Positions 1-7,395 of a DNA stretch of 58,690 nt are shown here, in pieces. The DNA is taken from assembly GCA_052034955.1 (NCBI GenBank), contig JBPOHZ010000009.1, positions 1-58,690 of the forward strand, in the 5' to 3' direction. The notes under the pieces were generated by a model. That model ran no database searches. It saw only the letters and a list, made by a program, of their open reading frames with translations, and was not told where the DNA came from. The stretch comes from Candidatus Saccharimonadota bacterium. Its GTDB lineage: Bacteria > Patescibacteriota > Saccharimonadia > Saccharimonadales > AWTP1-31. Numbering within the stretch: the stretch's first letter is position 1; every line of letters starts with the position of its first letter. The translations under genes and the position numbers were made by a program.

Positions 1-118
1 GGGGTAATTTTCGATAAGGTTCCATCATACGCAGATATCGATTGTGGAACCCTAGAAATAGAAAAAATCCCAGGGGTGAATGAGATATTTAAGCTCGCTC
101 ACTCCCAGGATGTTTCAT

Positions 119-202
119 TGGTGCGCGAGAGAGGACTTGAACCTCCACGCCTTGCGGCACTTGCCCCTCAGACAAGCGTGTCTACCATTCCACCACTCGC
201 GC
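119..202 (-). tRNA. tRNA-Leu (anticodon GAG), type II, CCA encoded
   Basis: Reverse complement folds as a cloverleaf: acceptor GCGCGAG/CTCGCGC, anticodon stem CTTGT/GCAAG with loop CTGAGGG, long variable arm, T-loop TTCAAGT, 3' end ACCA. Confidence 0.9.
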
Positions 203-307
203 ATTAAGATGTATTCTACCATCTTTCTCTCTGTTAGAAAATAATGAGGCTAATGCCGACGACTAGACGGCATGTCCATAAACTGTTATAATATATAACT
301 TATTACT

Positions 308-1594
308 ATGTCAAATTCTCCTGAGTTTTCTACGCCAATACCATTTATTCCTCCCGAACCACGGGGGCCAATAATTGATGAGGTAGTACATGATTATTCC
401 CATTTGCCTCCGATGCCACCAAAACTCCCAGTTGAATTTTCTGAAGATATTAAACACCCAAGGTTAAGAGCGGTTGTAGCAATCGGCGGCGCTTTAGTAG
501 CCACAGCGTGTTTAGGCTTTGGAATTAATATAGTTTTGCCAGCCGCTCCACCCGATAGGTCGGAAGAAGTTTACTGTCCGTCAGACACTACACCCCAAGA
601 GGACGAAACATTAGCAACTATCCGTCATAAGGTGGTTAATATGACCATGGGGGTATCTACAGAACAGGGACAAGTACTAAACGACAGGATAGAGTCTGCC
701 AAAGATTCGGACGCTATCGAGGCGGTAATGAATTCTCATTTAGAGCAGTTTAATCTTACGTACCATGTTAACAAGCTGCCAGAACTGAGGCTTATTGGCT
801 TGCCGATTTCGGATAACTTAAGTCGAGCCAATCTTACGATATCCGACATTAAACAATTGCGTGATGACGCCACTCGGTTTATAAGCGAGCTGAGCCTTAC
901 CCCGCGCACAGTATTAACTGGCCATGAGCAACCAGTAGATATATTCTCGCTTCAAGGATATAGCGACATGTTGCATTCCCTGGAACAAGGCTGGGTCGAG
1001 AATATGGGCGGTGGACGTTCTACGATGGTAATCGATGGAGACTATCCAAATAAGGCCCCAGCTCTACTACTAGAGTTAGCTGGCGAGAAATGTGGCTTCG
1101 AAGTAGGCAAAGAAGGCTTTGGAGCACTTACTAAAACTGACAAAACACCGGCTGATGCTTGGCTTCGTGGTCAAGAACCCAATATCGATGCCCTCAGAGA
1201 ATACCAGGAATATATGGGAGGGGTGGCGTTTGTACCGTTCTGGGCGAGTTTAGATAGCGTGACAACAGAATGCCACATGACCGATATGCCAGAAGATAAG
1301 TTTACTGTGCAAGTAGGGCAGCGCGACGGAGCAAACAGTAATTTAGTAGAGGTGTGGCGACTCAAAGAAAGCCCATTTGGAGAGTCATATCCTACATATA
1401 CATGGGTCTACGGTTATGTTAGTGGGGGTAATATACGTGATAAAAAATTCCAGCTGTCGGTAGAATCTCGCACAAAAGCAGAATATAATTTTGATCTAAG
1501 CAACATTGAAGTAAAGGGATTTGGCTACGAAACTAAGCAAGTTGGATCCACTAAGGTTATGTGCCAAGGTTTCTCATTTGAAATAAATAGCTAA
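308..1594 (+). CDS. hypothetical membrane-anchored protein (Pro-rich N-terminus, one TM segment, large extracytoplasmic part)
   Basis: 428-aa ORF. Hydrophobic stretch AVVAIGGALVATACLGFGINIVL. No recognisable catalytic motif. TGTTATAAT -10-like element at 274-282. Confidence 0.55.
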   Translation: MSNSPEFSTPIPFIPPEPRGPIIDEVVHDYSHLPPMPPKLPVEFSEDIKHPRLRAVVAIGGALVATACLGFGINIVLPAAPPDRSEEVYCPSDTTPQEDETLATIRHKVVNMTMGVSTEQGQVLNDRIESAKDSDAIEAVMNSHLEQFNLTYHVNKLPELRLIGLPISDNLSRANLTISDIKQLRDDATRFISELSLTPRTVLTGHEQPVDIFSLQGYSDMLHSLEQGWVENMGGGRSTMVIDGDYPNKAPALLLELAGEKCGFEVGKEGFGALTKTDKTPADAWLRGQEPNIDALREYQEYMGGVAFVPFWASLDSVTTECHMTDMPEDKFTVQVGQRDGANSNLVEVWRLKESPFGESYPTYTWVYGYVSGGNIRDKKFQLSVESRTKAEYNFDLSNIEVKGFGYETKQVGSTKVMCQGFSFEINS

Positions 1595-1597
1595 GCT

Positions 1598-1606
1598 TGT
1601 TATAAT
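1598..1606 (+). promoter_or_regulatory. extended -10 promoter element (TGTTATAAT) upstream of tRNA-Val
   Basis: TGnTATAAT match about 30 nt before the mature tRNA 5' end. Confidence 0.45.
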
Positions 1607-1636
1607 CACCTCTGTTATCAGATTATTTCAGATAAT

Positions 1637-1713
1637 GGGTGATTAGCTCAGTTGGCTAGAGCACCTCGTTTACACCGAGGGGGTCGGGGGTTCGAGTCCC
1701 TCATCACCCACCA
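1637..1713 (+). tRNA. tRNA-Val (anticodon TAC), CCA encoded
   Basis: Acceptor GGGTGAT/ATCACCC, D-loop AGTTGGCTA, anticodon stem CCTCG/CGAGG with loop TTTACAC, T-loop TTCGAGT, ACCA end. Confidence 0.92.
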
Positions 1714-1721
1714 TATAAACA

Positions 1722-1747
1722 AGCTATCCAAACGGATGGCTTTTTTA
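1722..1747 (+). terminator. rho-independent terminator after tRNA-Val
   Basis: Stem AGCTATCC/GGATGGCT, loop AAAC, followed by a T-run. Confidence 0.7.
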
Positions 1748-1800
1748 TTTCACATTGGTAACATCGGTGCTAACATGAGTTTAGTAATAAGGAGTTTGTC

Positions 1801-2559
1801 GTGGGTCCAGTAATATTCTTTGCAATAGCCGGTATTGTCATTTTCTTTAATGTCGTAAAGGTCATCGACCAATACGAACGGGCAGTAATACTCCGTCTGG
1901 GACGAGTCCAGGAAGCCAAGGGCCCCGGTATTCGGGTCATCATCCCTATAGTCGATCGTTTGATAAAAGTTGGAATGCGGGTCATTACCTTGCCAATCCA
2001 AAGCCAAAAAATCATCACCAAAGATAACGTCTCTATCGATGTTGCAGCCGTCGCTTATTACCATGTTATCGATCCGGTCAAGGCAGTAGTCGAGATCGAA
2101 AACGTCCAATCTGCCATTTATCAGATTGCTCAAACTACTGTGCGAAATGTTGTAGGTCAAAGCAGTCTGGACGAAGTACTAAGCGCTACTGCCAAGATTA
2201 ACGAAGCCATTAAAGTAATCCTAGATAAAACCGGCGAGCAATGGGGTGTATTCGTAGACACCGTTGAGCTAAAAGACATCCAACTGCCGGATAGTATGCA
2301 ACGGGCAATGGCTAAGGAAGCCGAGGCCGAGCGCGAAAAGCGAGCCAAGATTATTGCCGCCGAAGGTGAACAACTTAGTGCCACCAAGCTTGGCGAAGCT
2401 GCCGATATCATTGCCAACCACCCAATCGCCCTGCAACTACGTAACCTCCAGGTTCTCAGCGAAATTGCCGTAGAGAAGAACAGCACTATAATCTTCCCAG
2501 CTCAGATCATGGACTCCATCAGCGACGTTAAGTCGTTCATGGCCAAAGAACACAAGTAG
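1801..2559 (+). CDS. SPFH/band-7 (stomatin-prohibitin-like) membrane protein
   Basis: 252 aa, GTG start. N-terminal TM segment followed by a region typical of stomatin-like proteins ([39 protein letters not shown]) and an Ala/Glu-rich coiled coil. Confidence 0.85.
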   Translation: MGPVIFFAIAGIVIFFNVVKVIDQYERAVILRLGRVQEAKGPGIRVIIPIVDRLIKVGMRVITLPIQSQKIITKDNVSIDVAAVAYYHVIDPVKAVVEIENVQSAIYQIAQTTVRNVVGQSSLDEVLSATAKINEAIKVILDKTGEQWGVFVDTVELKDIQLPDSMQRAMAKEAEAEREKRAKIIAAEGEQLSATKLGEAADIIANHPIALQLRNLQVLSEIAVEKNSTIIFPAQIMDSISDVKSFMAKEHK

Positions 2560-2564
2560 CCAAT

Positions 2565-3788
2565 TTATTTATAAGCAGGTATTGGGTGGGCCGTGCGATC
2601 TGGGTTACCTATGGAATTTACCAGTCCTGCCATTACGGCTGGCGATATAACGCTATACAAACATAAGGTAGAGAATTGATCCATCCTTATTCCCATTGCT
2701 TTTTCATAATCCATTCGTCTAGTCAGGGAGCCCTGGGGATTGTCGGGGTCGTTAGGCGGAGTACCTTCTAGATTAAAGGTTATGTTATTTCTCTGGGTGA
2801 GTACACCTAGTACTGTATCATCGCTAAGCATCGAAGTCGAGCCGCTCGAGCCATAATTACAAACATCTTCAGAGGGCTCATAAATATCTTTTAATCCTAC
2901 AATATGGTAGGGAATAGTATTTGTGTCGCTACCGGGGAAGAGCCCCAGATACTGGCCTTTAGCGTAAATTTCCGTATTGCCGGATGACTCTGGAGCGCCA
3001 ACCATAAATGCCTCTTGTCCAACCACCGGGCCGATCATTGGGTCGACCGTTTGAGTATCAAGCTGTAAGGTCTGGAGTGCTTCAAATTCTGGACTTGTAG
3101 AGGCAAGTGTCATAAGCGCTGAATCGCTGTATGAGTAATCTACTGCTACGTTACCAACTGTTGCAAGAGGGTTATTCGCACGAGTTGCTAGATAGTCGGT
3201 AGGGTCAACGATTGCATATTCATAATCAAGAATTGGGGTTAAATCATAGGCCGTATCGTCATCTGCCGCACCACCCTTTTGGACTGCTGGGCTTTTAACA
3301 AAACAATGCGCTGCAGATCTAATATAAACCTTACCGCCATAACTTACTTTGTTTCCAGTACAGAGTTCTTCCCAGGCTACATCTGGAGTGCTAGTTTTTA
3401 GACGTTTTAGAATCTTCACTGTGCTATTTGCTAGCAAATTCTGCTGTTCGTAGCTAGTTTCGCTGTCTACGCCTGGCAGTTCTTCGGGGCTAACTAGCCA
3501 AGAATCATCAATCATACTTGGATCTTGGTCGGCACGGATAGCCTCTATCCGCTTGGCACGTTGTAGCTCGTCCTCAATCTGTTCTATGTCGTCATCGTGG
3601 CTAGATTGTTGGTCGGAAAGAGCCTTGCGGGCTGCCGTAAGTTCAGTTTGGGCATCATCAATGGCGTTCTCCTGAGCGATCTCATGTGCAATAAGCCCGC
3701 TAAATGCCAAACTTGCAGCAACTATCGCAACACCTCTAACTAATCGATTAGGTTGATTTTGCACTAACTCCGGTGAAGGACTCGTCAT
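2565..3788 (-). CDS. membrane-anchored trypsin-like (S1 family) serine peptidase with coiled-coil linker
   Basis: His motif SAAHCF, Asp motif DSALMTL and Ser motif GSSGS occur in H-D-S order, and the D-to-S spacing of 93 aa equals that of chymotrypsin. ATG at 3788 is preferred over the TTG at 3836 because a promoter lies inside the longer ORF. Confidence 0.6.
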   Translation of the reverse strand: MTSPSPELVQNQPNRLVRGVAIVAASLAFSGLIAHEIAQENAIDDAQTELTAARKALSDQQSSHDDDIEQIEDELQRAKRIEAIRADQDPSMIDDSWLVSPEELPGVDSETSYEQQNLLANSTVKILKRLKTSTPDVAWEELCTGNKVSYGGKVYIRSAAHCFVKSPAVQKGGAADDDTAYDLTPILDYEYAIVDPTDYLATRANNPLATVGNVAVDYSYSDSALMTLASTSPEFEALQTLQLDTQTVDPMIGPVVGQEAFMVGAPESSGNTEIYAKGQYLGLFPGSDTNTIPYHIVGLKDIYEPSEDVCNYGSSGSTSMLSDDTVLGVLTQRNNITFNLEGTPPNDPDNPQGSLTRRMDYEKAMGIRMDQFSTLCLYSVISPAVMAGLVNSIGNPDRTAHPIPAYK

Positions 3789-3797
3789 ATTACTTAT

Positions 3798-3826
3798 ATA
3801 ATAACAAGAAACACAGGATTTGTCAA
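3798..3826 (-). promoter_or_regulatory. sigma70-type promoter: TTGACA, 17-nt spacer, TATTAT, then 9 nt to ATG 3788
   Basis: Minus strand reads TTGACAaatcctgtgtttcttgtTATTATataagtaatATG. No Shine-Dalgarno, so the leader would be very short or absent. Confidence 0.55.
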
Positions 3827-3880
3827 TATCACTCAATACGCAATTGACTATATGTATTTTTCATGAGATAGTAGACTATT

Positions 3881-4456
3881 ATGTCAGCAAATACACCCGA
3901 GTACCCAAAACAGCCACCTCTATGGCAACCTGAGCAAGAAGTACCAGTTAGTTCACAACCCACAAAATCAGAATCATCTGGTTGCTTAGTTACCTTTGCG
4001 GCATTAGGAACGGCTGCGTTTCTAGTTGCATCCGTACTACCTCAATATCCAGGGACTAGACTGTTCCTAGACGAGATAACACCAACTGGATGGACTATCA
4101 GTGAGTGTGACCCTGGCTGGAATGGGCAGGCAGCTGATCCAATTGAATTCGCAAGAGGTTTTAGAGCCGTCAGCTCTCCGATTCATAAGGAAGATACAAG
4201 TATCCGTGCGGCGGAACTAGCAGGAAGTGCACCAGATTTGGAATACGGTAGTCCTGAATATCAGCGACAAGATAATCTTGGTAGCGCATCGAATGGACTC
4301 GACTACTTTACGGACGAGCCAAGCGAAGTCACTTGTGAGTTACCGGGTGATGGTCGTGATTTTGTGGTCAACGAAGAGGCTACCCGTTTGCTTAAGAAAA
4401 TTGAAGCAGCAGGTTACGGCGTTGATCCAATGACTGGTGAATTTACTACACCGTAG
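3881..4456 (+). CDS. hypothetical membrane-anchored protein
   Basis: 191-aa ORF with a single TM segment (CLVTFAALGTAAFLVASVL). No recognisable domain. Confidence 0.5.
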   Translation: MSANTPEYPKQPPLWQPEQEVPVSSQPTKSESSGCLVTFAALGTAAFLVASVLPQYPGTRLFLDEITPTGWTISECDPGWNGQAADPIEFARGFRAVSSPIHKEDTSIRAAELAGSAPDLEYGSPEYQRQDNLGSASNGLDYFTDEPSEVTCELPGDGRDFVVNEEATRLLKKIEAAGYGVDPMTGEFTTP

Positions 4457-4509
4457 CTGGGTAATTGATAAATTACCCCTGATGCTGTATCCTAAACTGG
4501 TACCAAGAT

Positions 4510-4585
4510 GGCTCTTTAGCTCAGTTGGTAGAGCAGCGGCCTGAAGAGCCGCGTGTCCCCAGTTCGAGTCTGGGAGGAGCCACCA
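4510..4585 (+). tRNA. tRNA-Phe (anticodon GAA), CCA encoded
   Basis: Acceptor GGCTCTT/AGGAGCC, D-loop AGTTGGTA, anticodon stem GCGGC/GCCGC with loop CTGAAGA, T-arm CCCAG-TTCGAGT-CTGGG. Confidence 0.92.
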
Positions 4586-4592
4586 AATTAAA

Positions 4593-4617
4593 GCCCCGAC
4601 ATTTTGTCGGGTTTTTA
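4593..4617 (+). terminator. rho-independent terminator after tRNA-Phe
   Basis: Stem CCCGAC/GTCGGG, loop ATTTT, then TTTTT. Confidence 0.7.
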
Positions 4618-4721
4618 ATTTGGCTAGACACCTGTCTAGGGCGCGAACTGGCCAGTTCGTTCATGACGAACACTCGCAGGTGCTTGCACCGAGAATGTGA
4701 GGAAATGGGTCGAAGACCGCC

Positions 4722-4738
4722 CTGGGAGGAGCCACCAA
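4722..4738 (+). repeat. 17-nt exact direct repeat of the tRNA-Phe 3' end (copy of 4570-4586)
   Basis: CTGGGAGGAGCCACCAA occurs at 4570-4586 (T-stem 3' strand to CCA+A) and again at 4722-4738. The upstream sequence cannot form a T-stem, so this is not a second tRNA. Confidence 0.85.
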
Positions 4739-4745
4739 TAATAAT

Positions 4746-4770
4746 ACCTCAGCAAAGCTGGGGTCTTTTT
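4746..4770 (+). terminator. rho-independent terminator after the duplicated tRNA 3' end
   Basis: Stem ACCTCAGC/GCTGGGGT (one G-U pair), loop AAA, then CTTTTT. Confidence 0.6.
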
Positions 4771-4980
4771 ATTAATGCCAAACCGGAACTCTTTGTTTAA
4801 TACCAAAACATTCAACACAAGTTTGAGAATTAGTAATTTCACCGATCGTTAGGCTCCGCTTCGTGGTAACATATGTGTATGGCAGCAAAATTAGTATTTG
4901 CAAAGAAGACTGACAAAAAAATGGTCAAGAAGTTGGCACAGAGTATGAAGTCAACACTTATTTCTCTTGCAGATAAATAA

Positions 4981-5367
4981 TGCTTATCTATATTCCACAT
5001 AATTGACTCAGCGGTACACAGACCTAAGACATATCTAGCCTATCATGATGGTTGTGACCTTCATACGGTCTGTGCGGTGATACTTGACTCAATAGCGAGG
5101 AACCATGCCTTTGTTGACGGTAATAAACGGACGGGGCTACTTAGTGCCATCCTCACCTACGAGTTGAATGGTATCAGGCTTGGTGGTAGGGCGGATAAGA
5201 CGGGTGAGTTCGAGGAGCTTGTATCATGGGTTGTCACAGAGAAGCCCTCTGTTGAGGAAATTACCCCACGACTTAAAGTTTTGGCTACAAAGTATCAGGT
5301 AAGCGGGATAAGTAAATTCGTAGAGAAGGTGCGAGCCATACTCACGCCTTATGACAGCACCGAGTAA
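4981..5367 (+). pseudogene. doc: Doc (death-on-curing, Fic-fold) toxin gene, N-terminally truncated remnant
   Basis: Fic/Doc motif HAFVDGNKRT. The in-frame upstream extension (IIDSAVHRPKTYLAYHDG..) still looks Doc-like but is cut by a TAA at 4978-4980. About 20-25 N-terminal residues are missing compared with P1 Doc. The only start in the ORF track is a GTG at 5077. Confidence 0.65.
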
Positions 5368-5419
5368 TTACGAGATACACTCTAATTAGTGTCGTCCATA
5401 ATGCAATTCGAGTTTTCCT

Positions 5420-5436
5420 TGGTAGAGGCCACCAAT
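5420..5436 (+). repeat. degenerate (14 of 17) third copy of the tRNA-Phe 3' end core
   Basis: TGGTAGAGGCCACCAAT compared with TGGGAGGAGCCACCAAT. It lies just downstream of the Doc remnant. Confidence 0.3.
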
Positions 5437-5520
5437 TTTCGTAACAGAGGTGGCCCCGATGATATTTAGGAGCGAGTAGCAAGACTTTAAGCAGGCTAGG
5501 TTCTGGTCTAGTTACATGTT

Positions 5521-5529
5521 TGCTATGCT
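5521..5529 (+). promoter_or_regulatory. extended -10 element TGCTATGCT, 6 nt before ATG 5536
   Basis: TGnTAnnnT followed by aggaac and then ATG. No Shine-Dalgarno. Confidence 0.45.
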
Positions 5530-5535
5530 AGGAAC

Positions 5536-5979
5536 ATGGCTAAGGCACCTCGTCACTCGGTAAATGTTGTTGTATTGATGCTCTTGGTAAAATATGACAA
5601 GGTCCTGCTGATGCGTCGGCAGAATACCGGCTGGTCGGATGGTAACTACGACCTAGTGGGCGGTCATCACGATGGACGCGAGACCTTGCGCCAGGCCTTG
5701 GCCCGCGAGGCACATGAAGAAGTTGGGATTACGATTAATCCCGATGATGCAACTTTTATACACTTACTCCAATATGTGGACGACAAAGAATATTTATACG
5801 GCTATTACAAAGTCGAATCGTGGCAGGGGGTGCCCGAAATTAAAGAACCACAAAAGTGTGATGACCTGCAATGGTTCCCCTTGGACAGCTTGCCCCAGAA
5901 CATGGTTCCGGTAACTAAACACGTTATTGATCAATACAAATCTGGTGAAGTATATACTGAATTCATACCGACCCCTTAA
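5536..5979 (+). CDS. NUDIX hydrolase
   Basis: Complete Nudix box GHHDGRETLRQALAREAHEEVGI (Gx5Ex7REUxEExGU). Confidence 0.85.
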   Translation: MAKAPRHSVNVVVLMLLVKYDKVLLMRRQNTGWSDGNYDLVGGHHDGRETLRQALAREAHEEVGITINPDDATFIHLLQYVDDKEYLYGYYKVESWQGVPEIKEPQKCDDLQWFPLDSLPQNMVPVTKHVIDQYKSGEVYTEFIPTP

Positions 5980-5990
5980 CACTCTCTAGT

Positions 5991-6019
5991 TTGACATGTC
6001 AGTGGCAGGGTGTAATAAT
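5991..6019 (+). promoter_or_regulatory. sigma70-type promoter: TTGACA, 17-nt spacer, extended -10 TGTAATAAT
   Basis: TTGACA at 5991-5996, TG at 6011-6012, AATAAT at 6014-6019. Confidence 0.5.
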
Positions 6020-6100
6020 CTAACCCTATGATTAGTACAAAGCGCATTACCAAGGCAAAGATTTCGCTCTAGTCGGCGCGGCCGCGTTTTGCACATAAGG

Positions 6101-6126
6101 TCCCGCTCCGGCGGGATCTTTTCTTT
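6101..6126 (+). terminator. rho-independent terminator or attenuator
   Basis: Stem TCCCGC/GCGGGA, tetraloop TCCG, then TCTTTTCTTT. It lies about 100 nt downstream of the 5991 promoter. Confidence 0.55.
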
Positions 6127-6184
6127 GCCAAAGAATGATTCATGTAGGGCAGCACGGCACTACACACTAAATTATGGAGAAGAC

Positions 6185-6535
6185 ATGTTAGATTTTACAG
6201 ATAGAAAAATGGTATCAAGGGGCGTAGAGGCGCTTATGTGTCCTGACGTTGTCGAGACATTATGCGGAGAGGCGACCAAATATCGTGTTATTGGAAGAGT
6301 TATATTGTGGGAGCAGCCAGACGGGTAAGTTTTGTTCCATCTTCCAGATGTAGTTAGTTTGGATGTCGAGGCTCGCCGACTTTTTCTACGTCCAGCGTTA
6401 GGCCCAGGACATAACCATGTTCCAGAAGAATTTATGGGCGTTCTGCCGGTTCTTGCCGCCCGGACGCTCGACGGTTGTGATGCCTACTTTGACTTGTCGG
6501 TCGGACAAGAACTAGATATTCAGCCTCTGGGCTAG
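6185..6535 (+). pseudogene. hypothetical gene interrupted by an in-frame TAA (6326-6328), or two tiny adjacent ORFs
   Basis: ORFs 6185-6328 and 6332-6535 share one reading frame and are separated by a single stop codon. GGAG-type RBS lies before ATG 6185. The region looks more GC-rich than its neighbours by eye. Confidence 0.35.
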
Positions 6536-6584
6536 ATAACCCTTGAGTAAAACGCATACTTACTATATAATCTTCCTCTGTTAT

Positions 6585-6661
6585 GCGGGTTTAGCTCAGT
6601 TGTTTAGAGCGCGTCCTTGCCAAGGACGAGGCCAGGGGTTAGAGTCCCCTAACCCGCACCA
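6585..6661 (+). tRNA. tRNA-Gly (anticodon GCC), CCA encoded, U19:A56 elbow pair
   Basis: Acceptor GCGGGTT/AACCCGC, anticodon stem CGTCC/GGACG with loop TTGCCAA, D-loop AGTTGTTTA, T-arm AGGGG-TTAGAGT-CCCCT. Confidence 0.88.
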
Positions 6662-6700
6662 ATATAGTCAATCTGTCAAATACGCCTTCTGGCGTATATT

Positions 6701-6709
6701 TGTTATGAT
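6701..6709 (+). promoter_or_regulatory. extended -10 element TGTTATGAT, 6 nt before ATG 6716
   Basis: TGnTAnnnT followed by tgagtt and then ATG. No Shine-Dalgarno. Confidence 0.45.
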
Positions 6710-6715
6710 TGAGTT

Positions 6716-7393
6716 ATGAATAAGGTATATATTCTTCGTGTCTTCTCTGACTCTAACAATAAGTTCGGTGACATCGCTACTGTAGTCATTGACGAAGGTC
6801 GAAAGCTATCTGATGATGAACGACTAGCCATAACAGAAAAACTTGATACGGTGGAGACTGTGTTTGTGAATGACCTGGCAAGTGCCGACATCAGTATTAT
6901 GCATACACAGGGTGAAACAAACTTTGCTGGAGTTGCTGTACTGGGAGCGGCATACCTGTTGAGAAAAATTAGAGGTAGGTCAATTAAGACTATGAATAGC
7001 AAGGGTGGCGATATTGCAGTTTCCCAGGATGGTGAGTTGTTCTGGGTGAGAGCAAATCTGTCTGCAATGCCACCATGGAATCACAAACAGCTTGATAGTG
7101 CCAAGGCTGTTGAGCTAGTAAAGGTTGTAGACACTAAGGACTGGGAGCATACAATGATCTGGGCTTGGATGGATGAAGAAAAGGGACTTATTCGTGCCAG
7201 AACATTTGCTACCGACTGGGATATCCCAGAGGCACAAGGTAATGGCTCGGGTTCTATGTTGCTGGCAGCTCAACTGAATAAGTCCATAGAGATAAAACAT
7301 GGCGACGGTTGCTTGATATATGCAAAGCCAGCACCCAACAACAGTGCAGATATTGGTGGTAGAGTCACTCAAGTGCCGAGCTTAGAGGTATAG
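6716..7393 (+). CDS. PhzF-family-like isomerase/epimerase (short form)
   Basis: The N-terminal pattern FGDIATVVIDEG..LSDDERLAITEKLDTVETVFV..GETNFAGVAVLGAA resembles the PhzF/DAP-epimerase fold. Judged from memory of the family, not from a search. Confidence 0.4.
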   Translation: MNKVYILRVFSDSNNKFGDIATVVIDEGRKLSDDERLAITEKLDTVETVFVNDLASADISIMHTQGETNFAGVAVLGAAYLLRKIRGRSIKTMNSKGGDIAVSQDGELFWVRANLSAMPPWNHKQLDSAKAVELVKVVDTKDWEHTMIWAWMDEEKGLIRARTFATDWDIPEAQGNGSGSMLLAAQLNKSIEIKHGDGCLIYAKPAPNNSADIGGRVTQVPSLEV

Positions 7394-7395
7394 AT

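Noticed and set aside
1-207. Open reading frame running from the window edge through to 207
   Set aside because: Its last 90 nt overlap the well-formed tRNA-Leu(GAG) on the opposite strand, and it has no recognisable protein motif. A real gene fragment confined to 1-118 cannot be ruled out, but nothing supports it.
4662-4737. Second tRNA gene ending in the duplicated GGAGCCACCA
   Set aside because: The 17 nt upstream of the acceptor 3' strand (TCGAAGACCGCCCTGGG) cannot form a T-stem, and no matching 5' acceptor strand exists. Only the 3' terminal 17 nt are copied.
4525-4800. 91-aa ORF in the track covering the tRNA-Phe 3' half and the region downstream
   Set aside because: It overlaps a tRNA, two terminators and the palindrome-rich spacer. 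The translation is low-complexity, so it is treated as non-coding.
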